NCBI GenBank assembly: GCA_022779465.1
Contig: JALFTB010000036.1
Span: 447 to 64,446 of the forward strand
Length of the DNA: 64,000 nt
Direction: 5' to 3'
From: a bacterium
Lineage (GTDB): Bacteria > Bacillota_I > Bacilli_A > RF39 > UBA660
A model generated the notes under the pieces. The model was not told the origin of the DNA. It ran no database searches and was given only the letters and a program-made list of their open reading frames with translations. Position numbers and translations under genes: made by a program. Shown here piece after piece: positions 10,394-17,626 of the stretch (positions are counted from its first letter, which is position 1; every line of letters starts with the position of its first letter).

Positions 10394-11501
10394 TTCCCTC
10401 TTTAGTTACTTGTTCTAAAGTTTTAACATTGATTCTAAATCTTGTTAATTTACTAGCTAATTTAATATTGATTCCTTTTTTACCAATGGCTAATGATAGG
10501 TTTTCATCGTTTACAATTGCTAGTGCTTCTCTTGTCTTTGTATTGTCAATAATGTTTACAATTACATTTTGAGCTGGACTTAAGGCGTTAGCAATAAATG
10601 TACTTTCATCTTCATCATATTTGATTAGATCAACTTTTTCACCATTTAATTCTGCTAAGATGCTGGCAATTCTTGAACCTTTTTCACCAATGCATGTTCC
10701 GATTGGATCGATTTGAGGATTAGTTGAATAAACAGCTACTTTGCTTCTTACTCCTGGTTCACGAGCTACGTTATAAAGAACTAAAGTTCCGTCTTGTAAT
10801 TCAGGAATTTCAATTTCAAATAATCTCTTTACAAATCCACTATTTTTTCTTGAACATAAAATAAGTGGTCCTTTTGGTGTTGATTCAATTTTTTGTAAAT
10901 ATACTTTAATTGATGAACCCATTTTAACTTCTTCTCCTGGGATCATTTCTGTTTTAGGTAAGATGCCTCTGGTTCTACCTAAATCAATGTAATAGTTTTT
11001 ATTGTCTTCCATTGCTAATAAGCCAACCATTATTTCATCTTGTTTATCAGCAAATTCTTCAATTATACTATTTTTTTCTGCTTCTCTAATTTTTTGAGTT
11101 AATACTTGTTTAGCAGTTGATGCTGCTACTCTACCGAAATCATGAGGAGTTACTTCTTCTTCGATTGTTTCTCCTACTTTAATTCCTGGTACTATTTTTT
11201 GAGCATCTTCTAAAAGAATTTGAGCATCTTCATTGATTTCTGGTTCTGTATATGTGATGTTTCCTTCTTCATCAACAATTTCTTCACCTTCAATGTAATC
11301 GTCTACAACAATTAAATATGAATATACTTTAATTTCTCCAGTTTCTCTATTAATATCAACTCTTACATTAGTTTTTGAATTAAAATTCTTTTTATACGCA
11401 GTTATTAATGCTTGTTCCATGCCTTCAAATACTACATCTTCACTGATTCCCTTTTCAGCTGTAATGTTTTTTAAGGCTTTTATAAATTCTTTTCCGTCCA
11501 T
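10383..11501 (-). CDS. nusA: Transcription termination/antitermination factor NusA
   Basis: 372 aa; N-terminal domain, S1 and KH layout; conserved operon context. Confidence 0.95.
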   Translation of the reverse strand: MDGKEFIKALKNITAEKGISEDVVFEGMEQALITAYKKNFNSKTNVRVDINRETGEIKVYSYLIVVDDYIEGEEIVDEEGNITYTEPEINEDAQILLEDAQKIVPGIKVGETIEEEVTPHDFGRVAASTAKQVLTQKIREAEKNSIIEEFADKQDEIMVGLLAMEDNKNYYIDLGRTRGILPKTEMIPGEEVKMGSSIKVYLQKIESTPKGPLILCSRKNSGFVKRLFEIEIPELQDGTLVLYNVAREPGVRSKVAVYSTNPQIDPIGTCIGEKGSRIASILAELNGEKVDLIKYDEDESTFIANALSPAQNVIVNIIDNTKTREALAIVNDENLSLAIGKKGINIKLASKLTRFRINVKTLEQVTKEGNEN

Positions 11502-11503
11502 AA

Positions 11504-11755
11504 TTATCCTCTTTCTTTACTTGATATATCAAGTATATATTCTTCTTTTATTAAGTCATGTTTGTCAAGAATTGGATTAATTACATTTGTAGCTTCAACA
11601 ATAGTATCTAAATCAATACCATTTACTTTATCAAGAACAATTTTTAAAAAGGGATAATTGTTTTCAATAACATAATCAATACTACAAATTGAAATATCCA
11701 TTTCTTTCATAGGACCTTCAATAAGGTCTCTAATTTCATCCAAAGTCTTTTGCAT
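11504..11755 (-). CDS. rimP: Ribosome maturation factor RimP, N-terminal domain only (83 aa)
   Basis: ATG 11755 behind SD AGGAGG; the track start 11797 lies inside the leader hairpin. The protein ends ...ILDISSKERG, just after the conserved SSPG-like motif, 3 nt before nusA. Confidence 0.75.
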   Translation of the reverse strand: MQKTLDEIRDLIEGPMKEMDISICSIDYVIENNYPFLKIVLDKVNGIDLDTIVEATNVINPILDKHDLIKEEYILDISSKERG

Positions 11756-11769
11756 ATACCTCCTATACA

Positions 11770-11799
11770 ATAATAAAAGTGGGAATATTCTGCCCACTT
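11770..11799 (-). terminator. Leader hairpin with interrupted U-tract (candidate NusA-type attenuator) before rimP-nusA
   Basis: AAGUGGG-CAGAAUAUU-CCCACUU followed by UUAUUAUU. Located between the promoter and the rimP SD. Confidence 0.5.
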
Positions 11800-11813
11800 A
11801 AATCTGTAAATAT

Positions 11814-11842
11814 ATTATACACTTTTATTAGTTTTTTGTAAA
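11814..11842 (-). promoter_or_regulatory. SigA-type promoter of the rimP-nusA-infB operon
   Basis: TTTACA (11842-11837), 17 nt, TATAAT (11819-11814). Confidence 0.55.
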
Positions 11843-11881
11843 GAAAAAATGTTGATAAAGCCTTTTAGATATTGGCCTATC

Positions 11882-12301
11882 TTAAATTTCACCTAATACT
11901 TGAGGTGCATCTTTTGGTTCTTTTAACGCTAGATTTTGCTTTATAAAGTTTTCAATTAAATTTATGTATGTATTATTGTCATCTGTTAAAGTGAAATTTG
12001 GTACTAACTTCTTATATGTTTTAGGTAAGATATTATCATTTGATAAATATAGTGTTGGTTTATTTGCTTTTAAAATCCATTTTAATTCTAGTTTATGCCA
12101 AAAGTTAGGTTTTGATAATTCTACGACGATAATATCAGCTTTATTAATTAAATCTTTTATATATTTAGTTTTATTTTCATCTGTCATTGGTAAAATTAGA
12201 TTTTGAGATAGACAGATGGGACTTGATAGAATTTTCTTATATAAAGTATTTTTATAATCAAATTTAGTTGAATGAGAAAAATAAACATTTAATCTAGCCA
12301 T
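11882..12301 (-). CDS. Hypothetical protein (possible nucleoside 2-deoxyribosyltransferase-like fold)
   Basis: 139 aa. The VYFSHS...ADIIVVELSKPNFWHKLELKW pattern is reminiscent of NDT-like Rossmann proteins. Weak, motif-level only. Confidence 0.4.
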   Translation of the reverse strand: MARLNVYFSHSTKFDYKNTLYKKILSSPICLSQNLILPMTDENKTKYIKDLINKADIIVVELSKPNFWHKLELKWILKANKPTLYLSNDNILPKTYKKLVPNFTLTDDNNTYINLIENFIKQNLALKEPKDAPQVLGEI

Positions 12302-12341
12302 TTATTATCACCTTAAAAAATTATATCATGTTATTAAAAAA

Positions 12342-12366
12342 TTTGCTATAATACTCTCACGAGGTG
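12342..12366 (+). promoter_or_regulatory. Extended -10 promoter + SD cassette (copy L), repeated at 15177-15201
   Basis: TTTGCTATAATACTCTCACGAGGTG. Contains TGnTATAAT and SD GAGGTG, 3 nt before the tmcAL ATG. Confidence 0.6.
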
Positions 12367-12369
12367 TTT

Positions 12370-13470
12370 ATGGAAGTTGTAGGTATTATTTGTGAATATA
12401 ATCCTTTTCATAATGGGCATTTATATCATATAAATAGAGTTAAAGAATTATTTCCAGATTCTTTATTGGTTTTAGTTTTAAATGGTTATTTTTTAGAACG
12501 TGGAGATATTAGTGTTTTAACTAAGGAAGATAAAGTTAAGATTGCTTTAGAAAATAATGTTGATATTGTTTGTGAACTTCCTTTTGTATTTGGTTCGGAG
12601 TCAGCTGATACCTTTGCAGAAGCAGGAACTATTATTTTAAAGCATTTGGGAGTTACTAAATTAGTGTTTGGTTCAGAATGTAATGACATTCAATATTTAA
12701 AAGAAATTGCTGAAAAACAATTAGATTCTAATTTTAGTATAAAAATTAAACAATATTTAAAGGAAGGTGTTAATTACCCTACTGCTTTAAATAAAGCAAT
12801 TAGTTCTAATATTGATTCTCCTAATGATTTACTTGGTATAAGTTATATTAAGTCTATTATTAAAAATAAGTTAAAGATTGAACCTATTTGTATCAAGAGA
12901 ACTAATGATTTTCATGATATAAATAGTGATGAGGAGATTGTTAGCGCATCTAATATTAGAGAAAAGATTAAAAATAATGTTTCAATAAAGAAATATACTA
13001 ATTATGGTGATAAGGTTGTTAATATTGATGAAGATTTATTGTTTGCTCTATTAAAGATTAAAATTTTAACTGATCATAATTTAAGTTCTTATTTAACTGT
13101 TGATGAAGGTATTGAAAATAAATTAGTTAAGGAAATAAGTAATGTTCATACGATTGATGAGTTAATAGAAAAAATTAAGTCTAAGAGATATACTTATAAT
13201 AGAATTAAAAGGATGCTTATTCATATTTTAGTTGGTTTAACTAAATATGATCGAAGTAATATGTATATTGAATATGTTAAAATTTTAGGATTTAACAGTA
13301 ATGGTCAAAAGTATTTAAAATCTTTAAAAAAAGATATTGTAATCGATCGTAAGATTAGTGATAAGTATTTAAGTCAAAGATATGAATTAACTGCTGCTAA
13401 GATTTATGATATGTTAACTGGTCTTAATACTTTGGAATTTGAACTTAATAATAAACCAATAAAAAAATAA
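12370..13470 (+). CDS. tmcAL: tRNA(Met) cytidine acetate ligase TmcAL (YlbM family nucleotidyltransferase)
   Basis: GIICEYNPFHNGHLYHI N-terminal HIGH-like motif; ~366 aa. ATG 12370 preferred over the track's GTG 12364. Confidence 0.85.
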   Translation: MEVVGIICEYNPFHNGHLYHINRVKELFPDSLLVLVLNGYFLERGDISVLTKEDKVKIALENNVDIVCELPFVFGSESADTFAEAGTIILKHLGVTKLVFGSECNDIQYLKEIAEKQLDSNFSIKIKQYLKEGVNYPTALNKAISSNIDSPNDLLGISYIKSIIKNKLKIEPICIKRTNDFHDINSDEEIVSASNIREKIKNNVSIKKYTNYGDKVVNIDEDLLFALLKIKILTDHNLSSYLTVDEGIENKLVKEISNVHTIDELIEKIKSKRYTYNRIKRMLIHILVGLTKYDRSNMYIEYVKILGFNSNGQKYLKSLKKDIVIDRKISDKYLSQRYELTAAKIYDMLTGLNTLEFELNNKPIKK

Positions 13471-13500
13471 ATATCGATTAAAATGAATCGATATTTATTT
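13466..13500. terminator. Bidirectional terminator (tmcAL / ylqC)
   Basis: AAATATCGATT / AATCGATATTT 11-bp stem flanked by A/T runs. Confidence 0.6.
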
Positions 13501-13729
13501 TTATTTTGTTTAATTTATGAGTATATGCATAGGCTTGAATCATGATTCTAATAGCACTTGCCATTTTACCACCTCTACCTATAATAGCACCCATATCACT
13601 TTCATGAACAATTATTTCTAACATGATTGTTTCATCATCTGAACTAAATTCTTGAATACTTACCATGTCAGGTTCTTTTACTAAACCTTTTACTAATGTT
13701 TCTGTAAACTCAATTAATTCTTTATGCAT
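13478..13729 (-). CDS. ylqC: KH-domain RNA-binding protein YlqC
   Basis: 83 aa; GRGGKMASAIR KH motif; directly downstream of rpsP, as in Bacilli. Confidence 0.88.
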   Translation of the reverse strand: MHKELIEFTETLVKGLVKEPDMVSIQEFSSDDETIMLEIIVHESDMGAIIGRGGKMASAIRIMIQAYAYTHKLNKIKINIDSF

Positions 13730-13731
13730 TA

Positions 13732-14031
13732 TTAAGCCTCTTTTTTAGTAGATTTTTTAGTTTCAGTAGCTTTTGGAGCTTTATATTTAGCCCAAACTCC
13801 AGTTTTAGATAAAATATTTTTAACAGTATCTGTTGGTTGTGCACCATTGTTTAACCATTTTAATACTTTTTCTTCGTCTACTGTAACATTGTTTTCTTTA
13901 TAGATTGGTTGGTAAGTTCCAACTGTTTCAATAAATCTACCATCTCTAGGACTTCTAGAGTCAGCTGCTACAATACGATAGAATGGTCTTTGTTTAGAAC
14001 CCATTCTTTTTAATCTTAATTTAACTGCCAT
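13732..14031 (-). CDS. rpsP: 30S ribosomal protein S16
   Basis: [35 protein letters not shown]... Confidence 0.97.
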   Translation of the reverse strand: MAVKLRLKRMGSKQRPFYRIVAADSRSPRDGRFIETVGTYQPIYKENNVTVDEEKVLKWLNNGAQPTDTVKNILSKTGVWAKYKAPKATETKKSTKKEA

Positions 14032-14093
14032 GTTAATGCCTCCTTTTTCAATAAAATTATATTATCATATTAGAAAATAAGTGTCAACCTTTT

Positions 14094-14609
14094 TTAGTTG
14101 ACACCATTTAAATAATCTTCATTTATTTCAATATTATCATCTATTTCTTCATCATAATCATCGAAATCATCAACAACATTAATTCTTACTTTAGTGTCAC
14201 CTACTATTTCAACACCTAATTCTTTATCAACAGTTAATTTAATTGTATTATTTTCAGTTTTAACATCAGATACTGATGGTGCAGTTAGGGTTCTTACAAT
14301 AATTTCATTATCATCTGTTAAAGTAATATTTTGTTTTAGATTAACATTGATAATATCTTCATAAGTAAATGTTCTAGCAATTACATTGGTTTTGGTATTG
14401 TTATCATATGAATACCAAATATTAATGTCATAACTTCCAGTTACACTAACTTTTCCGTTTTTATTATTGCCTTTAAAATTATGATTAATTATCCAGCAAC
14501 CCAAGACATTACTGATATTATCTTCTAAAGAAACTTCATATACTTCTTTACTTTTTTTCTTAGTTTTACCAATTACGGCTTTTGTTACAATTTCTTTTAG
14601 ATTAGCCAT
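14094..14609 (-). CDS. cotE: Outer spore coat morphogenetic protein CotE
   Basis: EIVTKAVIGK...GCWIINH...YDINIWYSYDNNTKT...VGDTKV plus an acidic tail; collinear with B. subtilis CotE. ATG 14609 behind SD GAGGAG (track start is GTG 14618). CATACATT at 14630-14637 resembles a SigE -10. Confidence 0.8.
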   Translation of the reverse strand: MANLKEIVTKAVIGKTKKKSKEVYEVSLEDNISNVLGCWIINHNFKGNNKNGKVSVTGSYDINIWYSYDNNTKTNVIARTFTYEDIINVNLKQNITLTDDNEIIVRTLTAPSVSDVKTENNTIKLTVDKELGVEIVGDTKVRINVVDDFDDYDEEIDDNIEINEDYLNGVN

Positions 14610-14658
14610 CTTTATCACTCCTCTAATTTAATGTATGCATTAGCCTAGAAAAAGTACA

Positions 14659-15171
14659 TTATTTTTTGCTATTTTTAGATTTATATGATGGCTGATATGG
14701 TCTTTTAAAAGCGGATGTATCTTCATAATGATAATAATCTATATAATTATCAATGGTAAATGATCTTCCTCTAAAATATTCGGCTTCTAAGTCAGTTAGT
14801 CTCATTGTTTGAATAAATCTTCTTAATCGAAATTCATTTAAAGAATCAGCATATTCAATAATTTCTTTACGATTTAATATTCTATCTATTCTTAGTTTTG
14901 ATGTGACATATAGTTCAAAATAGCCGTTGTATTCATCTTCATATTAAACTACATCACCAAGAGATGTTACTTCGCAAATAACAACGTCTTCGTGAAGAGC
15001 ATTACCAAAGCGTAAGGTATCTTCTAATCTTTTAGCAAAATGATAACCATTTTGTTTGGGAACAATTGGTTTTGTTGTTTCTAATATTTGGCCTACTTTA
15101 CATTGCAAGCCGGCATTATTTTTAAAATCTGATTGATTACCAATAAATACTTTATAGCCTTTGATTTCCAT
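14659..15171 (-). pseudogene. Small KGYKVF...GYHF-motif protein gene interrupted by an in-frame TAA (14944-14946)
   Basis: 75-codon ORF, then TAA, then 94 further in-frame sense codons (YEDEYNGYFELYVTSKLRIDRIL...SKNSKK*) ending at 14659. Family resemblance is to phage/Firmicute small proteins (I recall this as DUF7666; unverified). Confidence 0.5.
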
Positions 15172-15176
15172 GATAT

Positions 15177-15201
15177 CACCTCGTGAGAGTATTATAACAA
15201 A
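15177..15201 (-). promoter_or_regulatory. Extended -10 promoter + SD cassette (copy R), inverted copy of 12342-12366
   Basis: Minus strand reads TTTGTTATAATACTCTCACGAGGTG. 20 nt are identical to copy L. It lies 5 nt before the ATG at 15171. Confidence 0.6.
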
Positions 15202-15248
15202 TGTTTAACATTTTTCAAATATATGTTATATTTATTATGGTGAAGAAA

Positions 15249-15623
15249 ATGGATTGTTTATTTTGTAAGATTATTGAAGGTAGTATTCCTTCTAGAACTT
15301 TATATGAAGATGATATTGTTAAGGTTATTATGGATGTAAATCCAAATGCTAATGGTCATGTATTAGTTTTACCTAAAAAACATATAACTGATTTTGAAGA
15401 ATTAGATGGAGAAACTATTGCTCATATTCATGGTGTTGCCAAGGATATGAAAAAATTATTATATAAAGCTCTTAATCCTGATGGTCTTGTTTTAGTTAAT
15501 AATTATGGTATTACGCAAGTTATTAAACATTATCATTTACATATTATTCCTGCATATAAAGAAAAACAACCTCTTAGGGATGTTGAAGAAGTTTATAATC
15601 AAATTATGGAACAAAAAAACTGA
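15249..15623 (+). CDS. HIT-family (histidine triad) protein
   Basis: MDCLFCKIIEGSIPS... and the HYHLHIIP triad. Track start 15201 trimmed to ATG 15249. Confidence 0.88.
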   Translation: MDCLFCKIIEGSIPSRTLYEDDIVKVIMDVNPNANGHVLVLPKKHITDFEELDGETIAHIHGVAKDMKKLLYKALNPDGLVLVNNYGITQVIKHYHLHIIPAYKEKQPLRDVEEVYNQIMEQKN

Positions 15624-15645
15624 TAAATAAATATCAGTTTTTTTC
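15613..15645. terminator. Bidirectional terminator (HIT / rplT)
   Basis: CTGATA-AATAAA-TATCAG flanked by A7 and T7. Confidence 0.6.
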
Positions 15646-15654
15646 AGCTTGTTC

Positions 15655-16170
15655 TTAGTTTTCTTTTTTAGCTGTAGTTTTCTTTGTAGTTGTTTTTTTA
15701 GCTGTTTCTTTTTTAGGAGCAGCTTTTTTAGTTGTTGTTTTCTTTTCTTCTTTTACTTCAACTTTTTCTTCTTTTTTAGTTTCAGCTTTTACTTCAGCAG
15801 CTTTAATTGTTTTTCCAGCTAATGCATCGTTAGCAATATTAACTAATTCTGTAAAGTATTTTGGATTGTCGATAGCTACTTCTGAAAGCATTTTTCTATT
15901 GATTTCAATATTAGCTTTGCTTAATCCATTAATAAATTTTGAATATGAAATATTATTTTCACGGCATGCTGCATTAATTCTTGTAATCCATAATTTTCTG
16001 AAATTACGTTTATTTTGTTTACGATCTCTAAATGCATATGCACCACTGTGGAATGTTTGTTCTTGTGCTGTTTTATATAATCTATGTTTACTTCCAAAGT
16101 ATCCTTTAGCAGCTTTTAAAACTTTTCTTCTTCTGTTTTTAGCTACTACTCCACCTTTAACTCTTGTCAT
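15655..16170 (-). CDS. rplT: 50S ribosomal protein L20 with ~52-aa Lys/Thr/Glu-rich C-terminal extension
   Basis: The L20 core [29 protein letters not shown]... runs to about residue 118, then ...[44 protein letters not shown]. Confidence 0.95.
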   Translation of the reverse strand: MTRVKGGVVAKNRRRKVLKAAKGYFGSKHRLYKTAQEQTFHSGAYAFRDRKQNKRNFRKLWITRINAACRENNISYSKFINGLSKANIEINRKMLSEVAIDNPKYFTELVNIANDALAGKTIKAAEVKAETKKEEKVEVKEEKKTTTKKAAPKKETAKKTTTKKTTAKKEN

Positions 16171-16179
16171 TTATACCAC

Positions 16180-16368
16180 CTAGATAACAGATTTTAATCT
16201 GCTAGCTTCTCCTTTCGCTAATAATCCTTTATTTCTTCTTTGTCTTACTTGTTTACTTGAATCTTTAGCAGTTTTATGGTTGCCACCAGATTTTTTATAA
16301 ACTAAAGTACCATTTTTCTTTTTCTTTAAAACTTTTGAACTTGCTTTATGTGTTTTTTGTTTTGGCAT
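16180..16368 (-). CDS. rpmI: 50S ribosomal protein L35
   Basis: MPKQKTHKASSK...; 62 aa; between infC and rplT. Confidence 0.95.
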   Translation of the reverse strand: MPKQKTHKASSKVLKKKKNGTLVYKKSGGNHKTAKDSSKQVRQRRNKGLLAKGEASRLKSVI

Positions 16369-16385
16369 AATAAATCCTTCTTTCC

Positions 16386-16913
16386 TTATTTTTTGGGTGC
16401 TAGTATCATTGTCATTGTTCTACCTTCAAGTTTTGGTTTTGTTTCAATTACACTACTTTCAGATAGTTCAGATGCGAATCTTTCTAATACTTCTTTTCCT
16501 AAATCTGTATGAGCCATTTGACGACCTTTAAATCTAATAGTTGCTTTAATTTTATGGCCTTTTTGTAAATAACTTTCAGCATTCTTTTTACGAGTATTGA
16601 AATCACCTACATCAATGGTAACTGATAATTGATATTCTTTCATATCTTTATTATTAGCTCTTTGATTTTTTAGAGCTTCTTTTTGTCTTTTTTGTTTTTC
16701 ATAACGATATTTATTGTAGTCCATAATTTTACCAACTGCTCTATCGCTATTTCCACTCATTAAGACTAAGTCTAAACCAGCATAATTTGCTAATGTTAAA
16801 GCATCTGCTAATTTCTTAGTTCCCATTTGTTCTCCATTTGGGCCAATTACCATTAATTCACTTACTTTAATTTGTTCATTAATAAGTAAGTCATCTTTTT
16901 TGACGTTTGCTAT
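16386..16913 (-). CDS. infC: Translation initiation factor IF-3, probable non-AUG (AUA) start
   Basis: The track ORF starts at an internal Met. In-frame upstream codons IANVKKDDLLINEQIKVSEL align with the IF-3 N-terminus. SD GGAGGTG lies 7 nt before ATA at 16913-16911. Confidence 0.85.
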   Translation of the reverse strand: MANVKKDDLLINEQIKVSELMVIGPNGEQMGTKKLADALTLANYAGLDLVLMSGNSDRAVGKIMDYNKYRYEKQKRQKEALKNQRANNKDMKEYQLSVTIDVGDFNTRKKNAESYLQKGHKIKATIRFKGRQMAHTDLGKEVLERFASELSESSVIETKPKLEGRTMTMILAPKK

Positions 16914-16924
16914 ACAAACACACC

Positions 16925-17060
16925 TCCATATATCAAAAAAAGTGAATACGCTTAGTATCCACCCATATTAAAACCAATTCACTCCATGGCTTTTTACCTA
17001 CTTGCTTATTTGCTAGTCAGGTGGATGTGGATACATCGCTTTCCTTTTTTAAACACTAGT
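16925..17060 (-). promoter_or_regulatory. infC-rpmI-rplT leader with attenuator (L20-leader-like)
   Basis: Terminator GGUGGAUAC-UAAGC-GUAUUCAC plus U7 (16934-16963), with the upstream alternative pairing segment GAUGUAUCCACAUCCACC. L20-mediated attenuation is established in B. subtilis. Confidence 0.55.
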
Positions 17061-17088
17061 ATTATAACATTTTATTTGATGTTGTCAA
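17061..17088 (-). promoter_or_regulatory. SigA-type promoter of the infC operon
   Basis: TTGACA (17088-17083), 16 nt, TATAAT (17066-17061). Confidence 0.55.
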
Positions 17089-17120
17089 GTTATTTTATGA
17101 CTTTATTTAGTGTTTTGTTC

Positions 17121-17555
17121 CTATTTAATAGCTTTTTTGATATTATTTTGATATTTATCAACAATTAAATATTCATTTTTATTAAGAGTATATTCTTCTT
17201 TAATAAGATCAAGTTCTTTAAGATAACTTATTAATTCTTTGCTTGCAATGATTGTTTTAGAATAATTTTTGATTGATTCTTTTAATTCATCTTGGTTTAA
17301 AATACCATATTCTTTTTGTAAATATATAGATGATGAATTATTTAGATAGTTAAGTAATGTATATATAGGATATTTATCATTTATTATTAATGGTTTTAAA
17401 ATTTTTTCTTGATTTAATACTTTTTCTAGTTCTTCATCATTAATAATAATTATTTTGTCATAGTTATAGATAGCATTTAGATTAAAATAATCAGTAAATA
17501 ATTCTTGATTAATGTCTAAAGCTTTATTTTTATATAACATAGCCATAGGTGTCAC
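17121..17555 (-). CDS. Hypothetical protein (144 aa)
   Basis: ORF with no recognisable motif. Confidence 0.5.
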   Translation of the reverse strand: MTPMAMLYKNKALDINQELFTDYFNLNAIYNYDKIIIINDEELEKVLNQEKILKPLIINDKYPIYTLLNYLNNSSSIYLQKEYGILNQDELKESIKNYSKTIIASKELISYLKELDLIKEEYTLNKNEYLIVDKYQNNIKKAIK

Positions 17556-17626
17556 TTCCTTACTTAGTTAATTATAACAAAGTTAAATAAAATAATAAAT
17601 ATTGAGCATAATAAATATGTGATTAT

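Noticed and set aside
14944-14946. The in-frame TAA as evidence of an alternative genetic code or programmed recoding.
   Set aside because: TAA is the normal stop of most genes in the window, and long conserved genes translate cleanly with the standard code. A single event is better explained by a nonsense mutation or a sequencing error.
12342-15201. The 20-25-nt inverted repeats as terminal inverted repeats of an IS or transposon.
   Set aside because: No transposase lies between them. The enclosed genes are housekeeping or sporulation genes, and the repeats coincide exactly with -10/SD elements of the two flanking genes.
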